IMG/VR virus record: IMGVR_UViG_3300028280_000010
Span: 1-31,496 of that record
DNA from: a virus
Taxonomy: Duplodnaviria > Caudoviricetes
Length of the DNA: 31,496 nt
Strand: one strand, 5' to 3'
In this document: positions 1 through 9,147 of the stretch, in pieces
Layout of the letters: each line of letters starts with the position of its first letter
Numbering within the stretch: the stretch's first letter is position 1
Notes under the pieces: generated by a model
Seen by the model: only the letters and a program-made list of their open reading frames with translations
What the model was told of the DNA's origin: nothing
Database searches by the model: none
Made by a program: the position numbers and the translations under genes

Positions 1-323
1 TTAGTAGTAGTTTCCTTAGCTAAATTAATATCAAAACCGGTAGAATGTACTATGGGTTCTAAGTTCTGCAAAACTTCTGTTGATAGACCTTGAGGGAAAT
101 TATCAATTAAAACAATAAATTGGGTATTGAGAGGTATAGAAGTATTCCATTGACTTAAACTTCTTAAAAAAGAATCTCTAAAACTAACTAAAGGTGAACC
201 TGGTAAATTGGTACCCAATAAAGATAAACCCGGTTGAGCTAATGTACCACCGATTAACGAGTTAACCGGGTTTGTTACTCCTCTCAAAGCATTATTAACT
301 GAATTTAGTATTTTAGTAGGCAT
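1..323 (-). CDS. Partial ORF (3' end runs off the window), probable tail tube/baseplate-associated structural protein
   Basis: Not in the ORF track. Read by hand from ATG at 323: MPTKILNSVNNALRGVTNPVNSLIGGTLAQPGLSLLGTNLPGSPLVSFRDSFLRSLSQWNTSIPLNTQFIVLIDNFPQG..., open to position 1. Preceded by TATAAATA and follows the tail tube gene. Function inferred from context only. Confidence 0.6.
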   Translation of the reverse strand, partial: MPTKILNSVNNALRGVTNPVNSLIGGTLAQPGLSLLGTNLPGSPLVSFRDSFLRSLSQWNTSIPLNTQFIVLIDNFPQGLSTEVLQNLEPIVHSTGFDINLAKETTT

Positions 324-330
324 TTATATA

Positions 331-338
331 TATTTATA
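331..338 (-). promoter_or_regulatory. T4-type late promoter TATAAATA
   Basis: Exact T4 gp55 late consensus 7 nt upstream of ATG 323. Confidence 0.7.
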
Positions 339-341
339 CAC

Positions 342-368
342 AAAAAAGCTCTCACGAAGAGAGCTTTT
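342..368 (-). terminator. Rho-independent terminator after the tail tube gene
   Basis: Minus strand reads AAAAGCTCTC-TTCGT-GAGAGCTTTTTT: 10-bp stem ending in a U-tract, about 22 nt after the stop at 391. Confidence 0.85.
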
Positions 369-390
369 AGGACCGTAAAAGGGTTTTTAA

Positions 391-936
391 TTAAGATGTT
401 TGTCTAAAATAGTGATAAGTTACAGTAACTTCAAAATCTTGCACCGTCCCATCGGAAGTTACATCGTAAGTTAATTCACCTACATTTTGAATAGCAACCC
501 CAACTAATTGGAATTGCGCAACTCTATCAAGTTCTTTGTCAAGTAAAGCTAAATCAATGACACTATCAGCAGTAGGCATGAAATAATTACCAGTGCTATC
601 AGCATCATTAAAGGTGTCATTCATTACTTGCAAGAATCTATTTCTTAAATCATAACTTTCATCGCATCTAAATGTAATTGTATACCCATCACTTCCAGTA
701 TATTTTGCAACACCAGGAACGTTAAAATTAAGACCCATATATGGTAATGCTTGTGATGTAATTTCTTTACCAGGTAAACTAGCTGTCTTCGCGTAAACTA
801 AATCATCTTCATCAAAACTGATAGTTGTACCTTCCCCGAAGCTAATATTAAGTACTCTAAAAAGATTATCTCTTGCAAAATCTTTTGTTTGAGCTTGTGT
901 ATAAAAATTTTGAATTGTTTGTCTTGTTTGTGCCAT
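391..936 (-). CDS. Tail tube protein (T4 gp19-like)
   Basis: 181 aa with gp19-like pattern: R.NLFRV, KTASLPG, YMGLNFNVPG, YTITFRCDESYDLR, VGELTYD...VQDFEVTVTYHYF. Downstream of the sheath gene. Confidence 0.85.
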   Translation of the reverse strand: MAQTRQTIQNFYTQAQTKDFARDNLFRVLNISFGEGTTISFDEDDLVYAKTASLPGKEITSQALPYMGLNFNVPGVAKYTGSDGYTITFRCDESYDLRNRFLQVMNDTFNDADSTGNYFMPTADSVIDLALLDKELDRVAQFQLVGVAIQNVGELTYDVTSDGTVQDFEVTVTYHYFRQTS

Positions 937-971
937 GGTTATTAATATTTATTCATTTTAACTAATTTTAA

Positions 972-1679
972 TCAGTCAGCTAATAATAATTTATATGTAG
1001 TACCACCTATAACAATATTGACATACTTTGTCTGAGTCACTGCAGCTGTGGTAACAGTGCCGGAAAAACCTGATAATGTTCGAATATTACCAATAGTTGC
1101 AGTATTGGTATTGATTTGACTAGGTACGTTGACACCATTTACAGTTAAACCAGCAAATACCGGTGAATCAGTAGTTTCGAGACCTAAATCTACAGAGGTT
1201 ATTGTATCATCACTTGCAGTAAGAGAGAGTGTACCTTGAGACGTGCTTTCAGCTTTAGTAAAAGAATCTCCTATATCGTCATCAAAATTTTTGACAACTC
1301 CGCTTATTTCTTGAACATTAGATGATAGTATGTTTACATCAGTTTGATTTGCTTTACTATTAACTTCATTAGATAACGTGTTAAAATTACTGTCAATTTC
1401 ACCACTTAGATATACTATATCTGCTGCTACAGAAACTGCACCACCATCAAGTGCTGCTATATTAACAGTATTATTATCAATACTACCAGAAAGATAATCC
1501 ACATTTAATGTATTTTGCGAACTGTAAGCTGATAAAGCGTTAAAACTATCACCTGCTAAAAGACTATATGGGATTTTCTTGGATGTATCTGTTTGTACAT
1601 CTACTATATATAGTAAATCGGTATTATCAAAAGTAATTGGTGATAAAGTGGGTAATTCTGTTAATTTTCTATTAGCCAT
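972..1679 (-). CDS. Putative virion structural/fibre-like protein
   Basis: N-terminus MANRKLTELPTL..DLLYIVD...TSKKI resembles fibre attachment segments; repeated YLSG/LSS motifs; ends in a beta-hairpin-like YVNIVIGGTTYKLLL. Paralogous to 1684..2103. Confidence 0.55.
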   Translation of the reverse strand: MANRKLTELPTLSPITFDNTDLLYIVDVQTDTSKKIPYSLLAGDSFNALSAYSSQNTLNVDYLSGSIDNNTVNIAALDGGAVSVAADIVYLSGEIDSNFNTLSNEVNSKANQTDVNILSSNVQEISGVVKNFDDDIGDSFTKAESTSQGTLSLTASDDTITSVDLGLETTDSPVFAGLTVNGVNVPSQINTNTATIGNIRTLSGFSGTVTTAAVTQTKYVNIVIGGTTYKLLLAD

Positions 1680-1683
1680 AATT

Positions 1684-2103
1684 TTATGTTACAGATTGAA
1701 GTACTCCGCTTAAAAATGTTAATGTCGTTGAACCAATTACAATACTATTTGTAATACCTGGTCTTATTAACCCTTCAATTGAAGGTAATCTTTGATCAAT
1801 GACTTCAGAACTATCAATATTTAAATTTTTAACATTTCCAGATAATTCTGATACATTAGAACTTAATATGTTTGTATCAGTTTTAAATGCAAATGTTGAT
1901 ATATTACCAGTAAATGATGATACATTTTCTAAAGTACCGCTTATTTCTAAGACTCTTGAATCAAGATCAGTTATATTATCACCTACAAGATTAGAAAATG
2001 TTATTTTATTAGATGTACCTGCAATTGAGTTTACAATATACAATATATCATTGTTACCTGCAACCGTAATTGAGTTTAAATTTGATACTTTTGTATCCGC
2101 CAT
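1684..2103 (-). CDS. Putative virion structural/fibre-like protein, paralog of 972..1679
   Basis: MADTKVSNLNSI..DILYIVN...TSNKITF and TDTNILSSNVSELSGNVKN match the neighbour's segments. Late promoter core 5 nt upstream. Confidence 0.55.
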   Translation of the reverse strand: MADTKVSNLNSITVAGNNDILYIVNSIAGTSNKITFSNLVGDNITDLDSRVLEISGTLENVSSFTGNISTFAFKTDTNILSSNVSELSGNVKNLNIDSSEVIDQRLPSIEGLIRPGITNSIVIGSTTLTFLSGVLQSVT

Positions 2104-2108
2104 GTAAT

Positions 2109-2116
2109 TATTTAAT
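2109..2116 (-). promoter_or_regulatory. Late promoter (ATTAAATA)
   Basis: ATTAAATA-ATTAC-ATG(2103), 5-nt spacer. Confidence 0.6.
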
Positions 2117-2131
2117 TAAATGACTTTGTTA

Positions 2132-4513
2132 TTAAACTAATTCGTTGAAATCTGTACCTGTTTTTGTTGCGTAGAAATTAACTAATATAAACTCTGCAGC
2201 TCTTGTTGGCTTCAAGTATATATCCACTCTCAATTCATTTGCATCAATGATATCAGGTGTATTGTTTCTCTCATCGCAAATAATTAGGTAATCATATAAA
2301 CCTTCTGTATTTTTAACATTTTCAAAAATTGGTGTTAAAGTATTTACAACTCTTGTTCTTGTTAACAATGTATTTGGTTCGAATATAAAGTTTCTAACTG
2401 TATTCTTAGTTGCTTTTTCAAGATATAAGAATAAACGTCTTACATTAATTCTATCAAATGCACTTGGTAACTTTTGCAATGTTTTTTGACCGAATACAAC
2501 TGGACCTTCAACTGGGAATGATGTAATTGGATTAACTGAAATCTTATATAACTGATCTCTTTGTTTTTGTGTCGGTGTTAATGCTAAACCTGTTGCCCCG
2601 ATTAATCTACCTCTTGTAAATCCGGCTGGTGCAAACCATGGATCGAAATTAGCATCTGTATTAGCCATTGTAGATGCAAGATAACCAGATGATGGGGTAT
2701 ATGATAAACCTCCGTAAACAGTGTCTGTACTCTGTATCCATTGACCGTAAGTAGCTGCGTAACTTGTATTTACCTGTGAACTAAATGCCTTAATTGGATT
2801 TAACACATCACGTGAGAAATTCTTATCACTATCTTGCAAAGTTAAGAAATTTTCACCTGATACGAAAATTGATCTCGGTAAGTCAGCAATGAAAATATGA
2901 TCTTTTCTTCTAAATTCAGCAAATGTTGTGAATCTAGTTATAACATCATTCCAATAACCTCTATAATCGATACTATCACTTTGTAATGAAGTATTATCTA
3001 CTCTAGTTGCTCTAAAGCCATCAATTGCTGAAACAGCTGCTATATCATCATATGTATCAGTACCTAATGCTTGTGCAGTTGAATATATTGTTGATAAACC
3101 ACCATCGACTGTAATGTCGATATCAAATCTTTCTGAATTTTCTACAGTGTCTAATAATCTATCGATTTTTCGAGGTACATCACCAATTACTTTATTACTA
3201 AGTATTGTTGACGAATATGAACCAAGTGCAAATAAGCTATCAGCTGTACCAGGTAAGTTGTTACCAGCACTTTCAACTACCGTTTTAAGAGCAGCTTGTG
3301 TATTGATAGTTCCACCAAATGCTGTAGAAAGCGTTGGCCAATTACTATTTAACTCATCTTGCACCTTAGTTGTTATAAATCTTACTTTTGTACGAGGAAT
3401 GCCATCTGCATTTAAATATGTCGAAGCTGTCCTATTACTTAGGAAATCATTAATTAAAATATCCATCGTAGGTAATTGATCTTCCGTTTCAACTCTGAAT
3501 GGAATTGGTTCACCACCTAATGGGTCATTAATTTTTCTATGATAATCAGTTGAACCGACAACTGTTTCTTGAAGATTTAACGATAACTTAATAGTATTAT
3601 TCGTGGTAGGTGTTGTTCTAAGTCTGAATAACCCGATAGATAACGTATCATCGAATTGGTTCGATGAGATATCAAAATCAGTTAAGTTTTCCATTTGTTC
3701 TGATATACTACCATCAGAATAACCGAATGTATTAGTATTATTATCAGATTTAGATGAAAGTAAATTTTCAAGTCTAGTTGACGGTAAATCAATAAAACTT
3801 TCAACTGATAAATTGTTTTCAGTACCGCTATTAGCTTCGGTAAGTGTTTTAATATTGAGAATACCGTCAAAATCTGTCGCAGGGTTTAAATTAGTATTGT
3901 CAATTGCTCCTAAATAAAAACCTTGGAAAGATTGGTCAATAGTGGTCTGTGCTTTATTAATAACAAGTATAGCTGCTTTACCTAAATCCGCCAATGTGCT
4001 GAAATTATCTGCTGTCTCATCTAACCATTCGAAACCATTTCTCTGTTGAATTCTAAAATATGTTTCTTGACTTATTGTGTAGTGTTTTGGTTCACCAATT
4101 AATACTGTTCGTGTACTTGATAACGCACCACTATTACTAAAAGTATTAAGTTGTGTTACGGACGATGCACTATCATCAATTGAAACTGCAGATGCAGGGT
4201 ACGCTAAAACACTATAATTATTACCAAATCCTATACCTCTATCTGTACCATAAGGCATTCTATAAACGAAAACATTTGCAGGGCTGTTAAATAACGCTCT
4301 AGCTGTATTTGATAAGTATAATTCTGCAGGAACTGTAGGATCACCGTAAATATCAACAAATTCACTTTGTGAAGTTACTTGAATTACCTCATCAGTAGGT
4401 CCTCTATCACTGAATCCAGTTATTAATACGTTAGTACCAGCTGGTACTACAGGTCTTATAGATTGATCGATTTCTCTAATTTCTACACCGGGAGATTGTA
4501 TTGTACGTGCCAT
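2132..4513 (-). CDS. Contractile tail sheath protein (T4 gp18-like)
   Basis: N-terminal SPGVEIREID...GPTDE...FVDIYGDP; C-terminal PWFAPAGFTRG, QRDQLYKISVNPI, FGQKTLQ..PSAFDRINVRRLFL, FEPN, CDERNNTP, IYLKPTRAAEFI. Confidence 0.97.
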   Translation of the reverse strand: MARTIQSPGVEIREIDQSIRPVVPAGTNVLITGFSDRGPTDEVIQVTSQSEFVDIYGDPTVPAELYLSNTARALFNSPANVFVYRMPYGTDRGIGFGNNYSVLAYPASAVSIDDSASSVTQLNTFSNSGALSSTRTVLIGEPKHYTISQETYFRIQQRNGFEWLDETADNFSTLADLGKAAILVINKAQTTIDQSFQGFYLGAIDNTNLNPATDFDGILNIKTLTEANSGTENNLSVESFIDLPSTRLENLLSSKSDNNTNTFGYSDGSISEQMENLTDFDISSNQFDDTLSIGLFRLRTTPTTNNTIKLSLNLQETVVGSTDYHRKINDPLGGEPIPFRVETEDQLPTMDILINDFLSNRTASTYLNADGIPRTKVRFITTKVQDELNSNWPTLSTAFGGTINTQAALKTVVESAGNNLPGTADSLFALGSYSSTILSNKVIGDVPRKIDRLLDTVENSERFDIDITVDGGLSTIYSTAQALGTDTYDDIAAVSAIDGFRATRVDNTSLQSDSIDYRGYWNDVITRFTTFAEFRRKDHIFIADLPRSIFVSGENFLTLQDSDKNFSRDVLNPIKAFSSQVNTSYAATYGQWIQSTDTVYGGLSYTPSSGYLASTMANTDANFDPWFAPAGFTRGRLIGATGLALTPTQKQRDQLYKISVNPITSFPVEGPVVFGQKTLQKLPSAFDRINVRRLFLYLEKATKNTVRNFIFEPNTLLTRTRVVNTLTPIFENVKNTEGLYDYLIICDERNNTPDIIDANELRVDIYLKPTRAAEFILVNFYATKTGTDFNELV

Positions 4514-4520
4514 ATACTAT

Positions 4521-4528
4521 TATTTATG
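4521..4528 (-). promoter_or_regulatory. Late promoter (CATAAATA) for the sheath gene
   Basis: CATAAATA 7 nt upstream of ATG 4513. Confidence 0.6.
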
Positions 4529-4545
4529 GTATCCCAGGTAAAAAA

Positions 4546-5160
4546 TTATACCAATTCCACTAATAACTGAGAGAATGCAAATTCAAAAGTAGTTTCGATC
4601 TCATCAGCATTTCGGTAACTAAAGTCGATCCCACCTAAATTCACGGGAAACGCATTTGTGTATACAAATTTAACTTTATTTTTATCAAATTCATCTAACG
4701 CGTATAAAGTTATATCGGTTTGATATAAATCGGGTGAAGTTAACGTTTTATTTTGATTTCTTTCTTTAGGAGATACGTTAGGTGTCTTAAAAATATCTTT
4801 ACCGTTAAAATGAGATTCCTTTTCATCGTTTAAAAGGTCAAGCCATTTATAAATTACCCAATAATTATTAAATTCATTATCAATGGTAAAATTTACAGTA
4901 ACATTTTCATAAGCTGGTCTTGTATGTTTTGAAACTTTAAATGACTGACCTGCATATCCAAGATTTTCTTCCGGTATTCGTATTGAAGGTACAACTGAAC
5001 CGTAAACTGAAAATTGTAAGCTATTTTCAATGATTACTGTATTTTCTCTTGCACCGAGATATTGCTCACTTATATCTTTTAATATAGGGGGTAAATTTAA
5101 AACAAGTAAAAACTTATCTGATCTACTTTTATTGAATTGGGATTGATTTATTGTTGCCAT
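4546..5160 (-). CDS. Tail completion/tube terminator protein (T4 gp3-like, tube fold)
   Basis: VPSIRIP...YENVTVNFTIDNEFNNYWVIYKWL...DITLYALD...FVYTNAFPVNLGGIDFS matches the gp3/gp19-family pattern. Confidence 0.7.
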   Translation of the reverse strand: MATINQSQFNKSRSDKFLLVLNLPPILKDISEQYLGARENTVIIENSLQFSVYGSVVPSIRIPEENLGYAGQSFKVSKHTRPAYENVTVNFTIDNEFNNYWVIYKWLDLLNDEKESHFNGKDIFKTPNVSPKERNQNKTLTSPDLYQTDITLYALDEFDKNKVKFVYTNAFPVNLGGIDFSYRNADEIETTFEFAFSQLLVELV

Positions 5161-6833
5161 ACTTTAAAGCCTTGCATTTGTAATTGATCTATTTCACTAT
5201 TAGTATTAGAAGCGTTGCCTATAATAACCGGTAATGTATTTTGATACCCTTGTTTTTCATTGGTATATAAAGAAGTCGGGTTCATAAAGTATTTAATGCC
5301 ATAATCCATTTGCTGTAACTCTAAAGGTCTATTATTTGTATCCTTTTTCGTTACCTCAAAATACGTTTCTACTATATCATTATCAAGTATGATTAAGTTC
5401 CACATTAGTGAGGTGACTAAATCATCGTGATGTCCCTTCTTTGCATTCCATGTACCGTTCGCTGCTTTTACATAGTTTCTCAACTCTTTAACTGTTCTTT
5501 TATCATTTATCTGAACCGATTCAAGTTCATTAATCCAATACCGCATATTGGTAACAGCTTTATATTTTGTATTTGTATGTGATATAATACCTAATTGCTG
5601 TTTTTTCTTATTAGCTAATGAACCACCCCACGATACTATATTTTCATAATCGTGGGTATTTTTAAGTATATCAACTACTTGACCTCCGCTATTATTTCTC
5701 TCAACGCAAACTAGAGGATTACCCCAATGTTGTAAAATTTCGTAAACTTTTTCAGTAAAATTATAAGGTGATATTTCATTGTTATGGTATACTGCAACTT
5801 GTTGAATGTTGGTTAAATCGGTATAATCTAATATTTGAACTACTGACGCATCTTTACCTAACCCTTCAGCAGTATCGACGCTTGCTATATATATACCATC
5901 TTCTTTAGGTTCGTCCCATAAAAGATATTTACCATTATCGAATACAAATTTCGGTTCAACAGTTTTACTATTTAACTTTTCAAATAGTTCATTATTAACC
6001 GAACTCTCACCGCTAGAAATGAACTCACAATTAAATTCTTGTTCAAATGCTTCTCTACTACCAATACTATTAATAGTTTGTTGTCTCCATTTATCGTCTC
6101 TACCTGGTATTTCATTCCATAAAATTTTATCGCAAGCCCAATCATTTTCACCATTTTCAGCCCCTGAATATAGCTTATAAAAAAGATTATCAGTACCATT
6201 AGCTGTTGATGCTATAAAAATTTTAGATTTTTTAGATGATGAAACGATAGGGTAAACAGATTTCCAGAAGTCATCAACCAGATGCGGTTCAATGAAAGCA
6301 AGCTCATCAAGAATTAAACAGTTTACAGATTGACCACGAGCTGCAGTACCAGTTGTTGTAGATATACCAATCCTTGTGCCATTTGCTAATACAATAGACG
6401 TTTTACCATATTCCTTTACACCAGGTTTTAACCAGTTAGGTAACTCCTCATACGCTAGTCTAATTCTACTCATGATTTCTAATGCAGTGCCTTCTTTATT
6501 AGCTACAATAAGAATACGTTGATCATCATTGAAACATGCAACCCATAGAGCGTAGATAGTCATCATAGTTGTTTTACCAATTTGTCGACTTGCTAGTAAT
6601 ATAAAGAAACGATTATCTCTCATCTTACGAAGTGCTCTTTTTTGACAGTAATGAAGGTCAATAGTCTTTTTACCTTCATCTAAAGATATGATATAAAAGA
6701 ACTTTTCAGCAAAGTGTAAAATGTTTTTTTGACATTTTTTTAAGTCTTTCACCATAGTTGGTGTATATTCAAACTCTGCACCAGTCGTGGGCAGATTTGG
6801 ATTATTCATATAGTTTTGTTTATTTTTAATCAT
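5148..6833 (-). CDS. Terminase large subunit (T4 gp17-like)
   Basis: YMNNPNL N-terminus, Walker A ASRQIGKT, ARGQSVNCLILDELAF Walker B, ASTANG coupling motif, FEQEFNCEF, nuclease motifs VDTAEG, VERN and HDDLV. Confidence 0.97.
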   Translation of the reverse strand: MIKNKQNYMNNPNLPTTGAEFEYTPTMVKDLKKCQKNILHFAEKFFYIISLDEGKKTIDLHYCQKRALRKMRDNRFFILLASRQIGKTTMMTIYALWVACFNDDQRILIVANKEGTALEIMSRIRLAYEELPNWLKPGVKEYGKTSIVLANGTRIGISTTTGTAARGQSVNCLILDELAFIEPHLVDDFWKSVYPIVSSSKKSKIFIASTANGTDNLFYKLYSGAENGENDWACDKILWNEIPGRDDKWRQQTINSIGSREAFEQEFNCEFISSGESSVNNELFEKLNSKTVEPKFVFDNGKYLLWDEPKEDGIYIASVDTAEGLGKDASVVQILDYTDLTNIQQVAVYHNNEISPYNFTEKVYEILQHWGNPLVCVERNNSGGQVVDILKNTHDYENIVSWGGSLANKKKQQLGIISHTNTKYKAVTNMRYWINELESVQINDKRTVKELRNYVKAANGTWNAKKGHHDDLVTSLMWNLIILDNDIVETYFEVTKKDTNNRPLELQQMDYGIKYFMNPTSLYTNEKQGYQNTLPVIIGNASNTNSEIDQLQMQGFKVWQQ

Positions 6834-6838
6834 TTCAC

Positions 6839-6852
6839 TATAAATATTTACA
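6839..6852. promoter_or_regulatory. Overlapping divergent late promoter cores (palindromic TAAATATTTA)
   Basis: Plus-strand TATAAATA at 6839-6846 is 5 nt before ATG 6852. Minus-strand TGTAAATA at 6852-6845 is 11 nt before the terminase ATG at 6833. Confidence 0.6.
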
Positions 6853-7697
6853 TGACTCGAGTAAATACTCTAACCGAAATATGGAATACATATAATAAAA
6901 ATATTCTATCTGAAAATGTACCAGGTGAAAAAGCAGCTAAGTTTGGTACCAAACCTGGTAAAAAACCTGTCATTGCTAATGACGTTAAAAAAGGTTTTAA
7001 AGATGATAAATCATCAGGACCAAAAAATGCAGATGGTTTTCATGAACCTATCGACCCTAAAACCGCTAAGAAAGAAGATGAGTTATATAATAGTGCTGAT
7101 TATTCTTCCGAGAAATATACTAAAAAAGATAAAAAAATAGAGAAAAAGGTAAAAGAGAGTATAAATAATTACATGAAATCTACTTTTGATAAACTATTTG
7201 AAAACGTGATGGGTGAAGAAATGAACCCTGATCAAGAAACACAGGAATTAGACGCACTCGGTATTGATACTGAAGTTGAAGAAACAGGTGAGGGTGATGT
7301 AACAGTTACTCTTGATCGTGAGATGGCTAAATCACTTTGCGATTTATTACAAGCAGCAATGGGTGAAGAAGATGAAGACGGTGATGATGAAGAAGATTAC
7401 GAAGGTGAAGAAGGATTTAATTCTTTCGACGAAGCTGAAGAAGATGAAGATGAAGATGAAGATGAAACGGTTGACGAAGCAACAGAGCTTAAAGCAGTTC
7501 CAGATTCAGCAGGACACGGTTTAACATCGACTGGTAATAATAAAGTTGGTAAAATTAAACCAAAAAGTAAAAAAGCTTCTGGTTCAACTAAAAAATATGA
7601 AGAAGGTGAACCAAAAGAATTAGGTGATAAGAAAGCACATTTACAAAGTAAAAAAAATAAAGTTACTTTAAATCAAGGTCAAGATTTCATCCAGTAA
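6852..7697 (+). CDS. Charged, low-complexity late protein; candidate head-internal/prohead core protein
   Basis: Start re-assigned from 6816 to ATG 6852 (MTRVNTL), which avoids overlap with terminase and fits the promoter. Lys-rich ends and a poly-D/E centre. Internal promoter and in-frame ATG at 7173. Confidence 0.6.
   Translation: MTRVNTLTEIWNTYNKNILSENVPGEKAAKFGTKPGKKPVIANDVKKGFKDDKSSGPKNADGFHEPIDPKTAKKEDELYNSADYSSEKYTKKDKKIEKKVKESINNYMKSTFDKLFENVMGEEMNPDQETQELDALGIDTEVEETGEGDVTVTLDREMAKSLCDLLQAAMGEEDEDGDDEEDYEGEEGFNSFDEAEEDEDEDEDETVDEATELKAVPDSAGHGLTSTGNNKVGKIKPKSKKASGSTKKYEEGEPKELGDKKAHLQSKKNKVTLNQGQDFIQ
7160..7167 (+). promoter_or_regulatory. Intragenic late promoter TATAAATA
   Basis: TATAAATA-ATTAC-ATG(7173), in frame with the enclosing ORF. 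Confidence 0.6.
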
Positions 7698-7717
7698 AAT
7701 AAAATTATAATTTAAAT

Positions 7718-7750
7718 AGCACAATCATTAATTTGGTTGTGCTTTTTTTT
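7718..7750 (+). terminator. Rho-independent terminator
   Basis: AGCACAATCA-TTAATT-TGGTTGTGCT followed by a T-run; one G-U pair; 20 nt after the stop at 7697. Confidence 0.8.
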
Positions 7751-7764
7751 GCTTAAATATAAAT

Positions 7765-8091
7765 ATGGACCCGTTTTCTACTTTTTTTACCAATCATAGA
7801 CATAGAAGAGCAATACCCGGTGCTGGTGACCCAAGATATATGAGAAAGCATCAAAATATAGTTCCTGATTATGTTAAAACTGACCCCACAAAAAACCCTA
7901 AAATAGAATTAATAAGGCAAAAAAGAGGTAAACAAATATGTGATAATAATACTCTTAATTATATAAGAAAAGAATATAACGTTATACCTTTTAAAGGTGA
8001 AGTTAAAAAATTAGGAAGTACAGGTATCAAACTATATTTCGATAATAAACTAAATAAATTTGTAATAGAAAATGAGCCAACCAAATTATAA
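7765..8091 (+). CDS. Hypothetical basic protein (late)
   Basis: 108-aa ORF; CTTAAATA 5 nt upstream; overlaps the start of the neck gene. Confidence 0.65.
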   Translation: MDPFSTFFTNHRHRRAIPGAGDPRYMRKHQNIVPDYVKTDPTKNPKIELIRQKRGKQICDNNTLNYIRKEYNVIPFKGEVKKLGSTGIKLYFDNKLNKFVIENEPTKL

Positions 8092-8938
8092 TAATGAGTA
8101 CCCCGGTTTAGTGCAAACTGATGAAACCTGTTACAGATTTACTGATAAAGCTATACAGTCAAGTGAACGTGTACTATTTTCTAATTGGTGGAGAGAACAA
8201 TTAAATCAATTTGGGGTGAAGGTAAATTATTTTGTTAACACGTATAATGTATTAAGTGCTGATAATTTTTATGGTGAACAAACTACAAAAACATTTGCAA
8301 ATCCAAGACAAATAGTATTAGCTGTAACGTTAAATGAAAATGCTATTACTCTTTCACAGTTTGGATTTGAAAGTGATGATGAAATAACAGCTTACATACA
8401 TATAGATTCTTTTTATAATGATTTTTATACTTTAAGTTCTGTTTATGATACACAATATAATGTTGTGGAACCAAAAGCAGGTGACGTTTTTGAATTAACT
8501 GAATATGGTGATGATAGACCTAATAATAGACAATCAAAATATTTCGAGATAACGCAGAAATTAGACCAAGATATATCTCAAATAAACACCTTGCAAGGTC
8601 ATTATGTATTTTTAATAAAAGCTAAGCGTCTAGATTATAGCTTTGAACCAAATCTACCGGTAGAGTCTAGTATAGATCGCTCTAAAATATTGGGTAATGA
8701 GGATTTTAACGGTCTAGGGACAGAAACATGTGAAACAATCGGTCTTGAAGATATAACTGTTTCTGGTGATTATCAAGTATATGAAGATTCATTTGCTGGA
8801 AGATTATCGGGAGGCGAAAATGAGCAAAGTCAAACTAAGAAAGATGGTTACGATGAATATAACATCGATGGTGTCAGTAAGACAGATGTATTTGATATGT
8901 CAAGAAATGATACCGATGTCTATGGTGATTACTATTAA
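8072..8938 (+). CDS. Neck/head-closure protein (T4 gp14-like)
   Basis: EQLNQFGVKVNY, FYGE....F, LSQFGFESDDEIT, EPKAGDVF, YFEIT and YVFLIKAKRLDYSFE follow the gp14 pattern. Confidence 0.8.
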   Translation: MSQPNYNNEYPGLVQTDETCYRFTDKAIQSSERVLFSNWWREQLNQFGVKVNYFVNTYNVLSADNFYGEQTTKTFANPRQIVLAVTLNENAITLSQFGFESDDEITAYIHIDSFYNDFYTLSSVYDTQYNVVEPKAGDVFELTEYGDDRPNNRQSKYFEITQKLDQDISQINTLQGHYVFLIKAKRLDYSFEPNLPVESSIDRSKILGNEDFNGLGTETCETIGLEDITVSGDYQVYEDSFAGRLSGGENEQSQTKKDGYDEYNIDGVSKTDVFDMSRNDTDVYGDYY

Positions 8939-9147
8939 AAAATAATAGTTGTTAACCAATCATCAGCCTCTTTAATCGATTTAAAATTTATTTCTTTTAG
9001 ATTACCATCTACGTTAAATACATACGTAACATATTCATTATCAGGCAATATTTTTACATCCTGAAGTATATAAATTTTATTATATGTGAATAATTTAGTA
9101 TTACTTTTAGTTCTATTTATAAACTTCGTCCCAGGGATAAATTGCAT
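8935..9147 (-). CDS. Hypothetical protein
   Basis: 70-aa ORF, last in a chain of overlapping minus-strand ORFs. Confidence 0.55.
   Translation of the reverse strand: MQFIPGTKFINRTKSNTKLFTYNKIYILQDVKILPDNEYVTYVFNVDGNLKEINFKSIKEADDWLTTIIF

Noticed and set aside
1799-3870. ORFs 1799..2107(+), 3114..3479(+) and 3682..3870(-)
   Set aside because: Shadow or alternate-frame ORFs inside well-supported structural genes, with no motifs.
6816-6851. Track start at 6816 for the 293-aa ORF
   Set aside because: It overlaps the terminase start on the other strand and lies upstream of the late promoter; ATG 6852 fits the conserved 5-nt geometry.
7437-7466. Tandem GAAGAT repeats
   Set aside because: They encode the poly-Glu/Asp tract of the protein; not a CRISPR array or independent repeat element.
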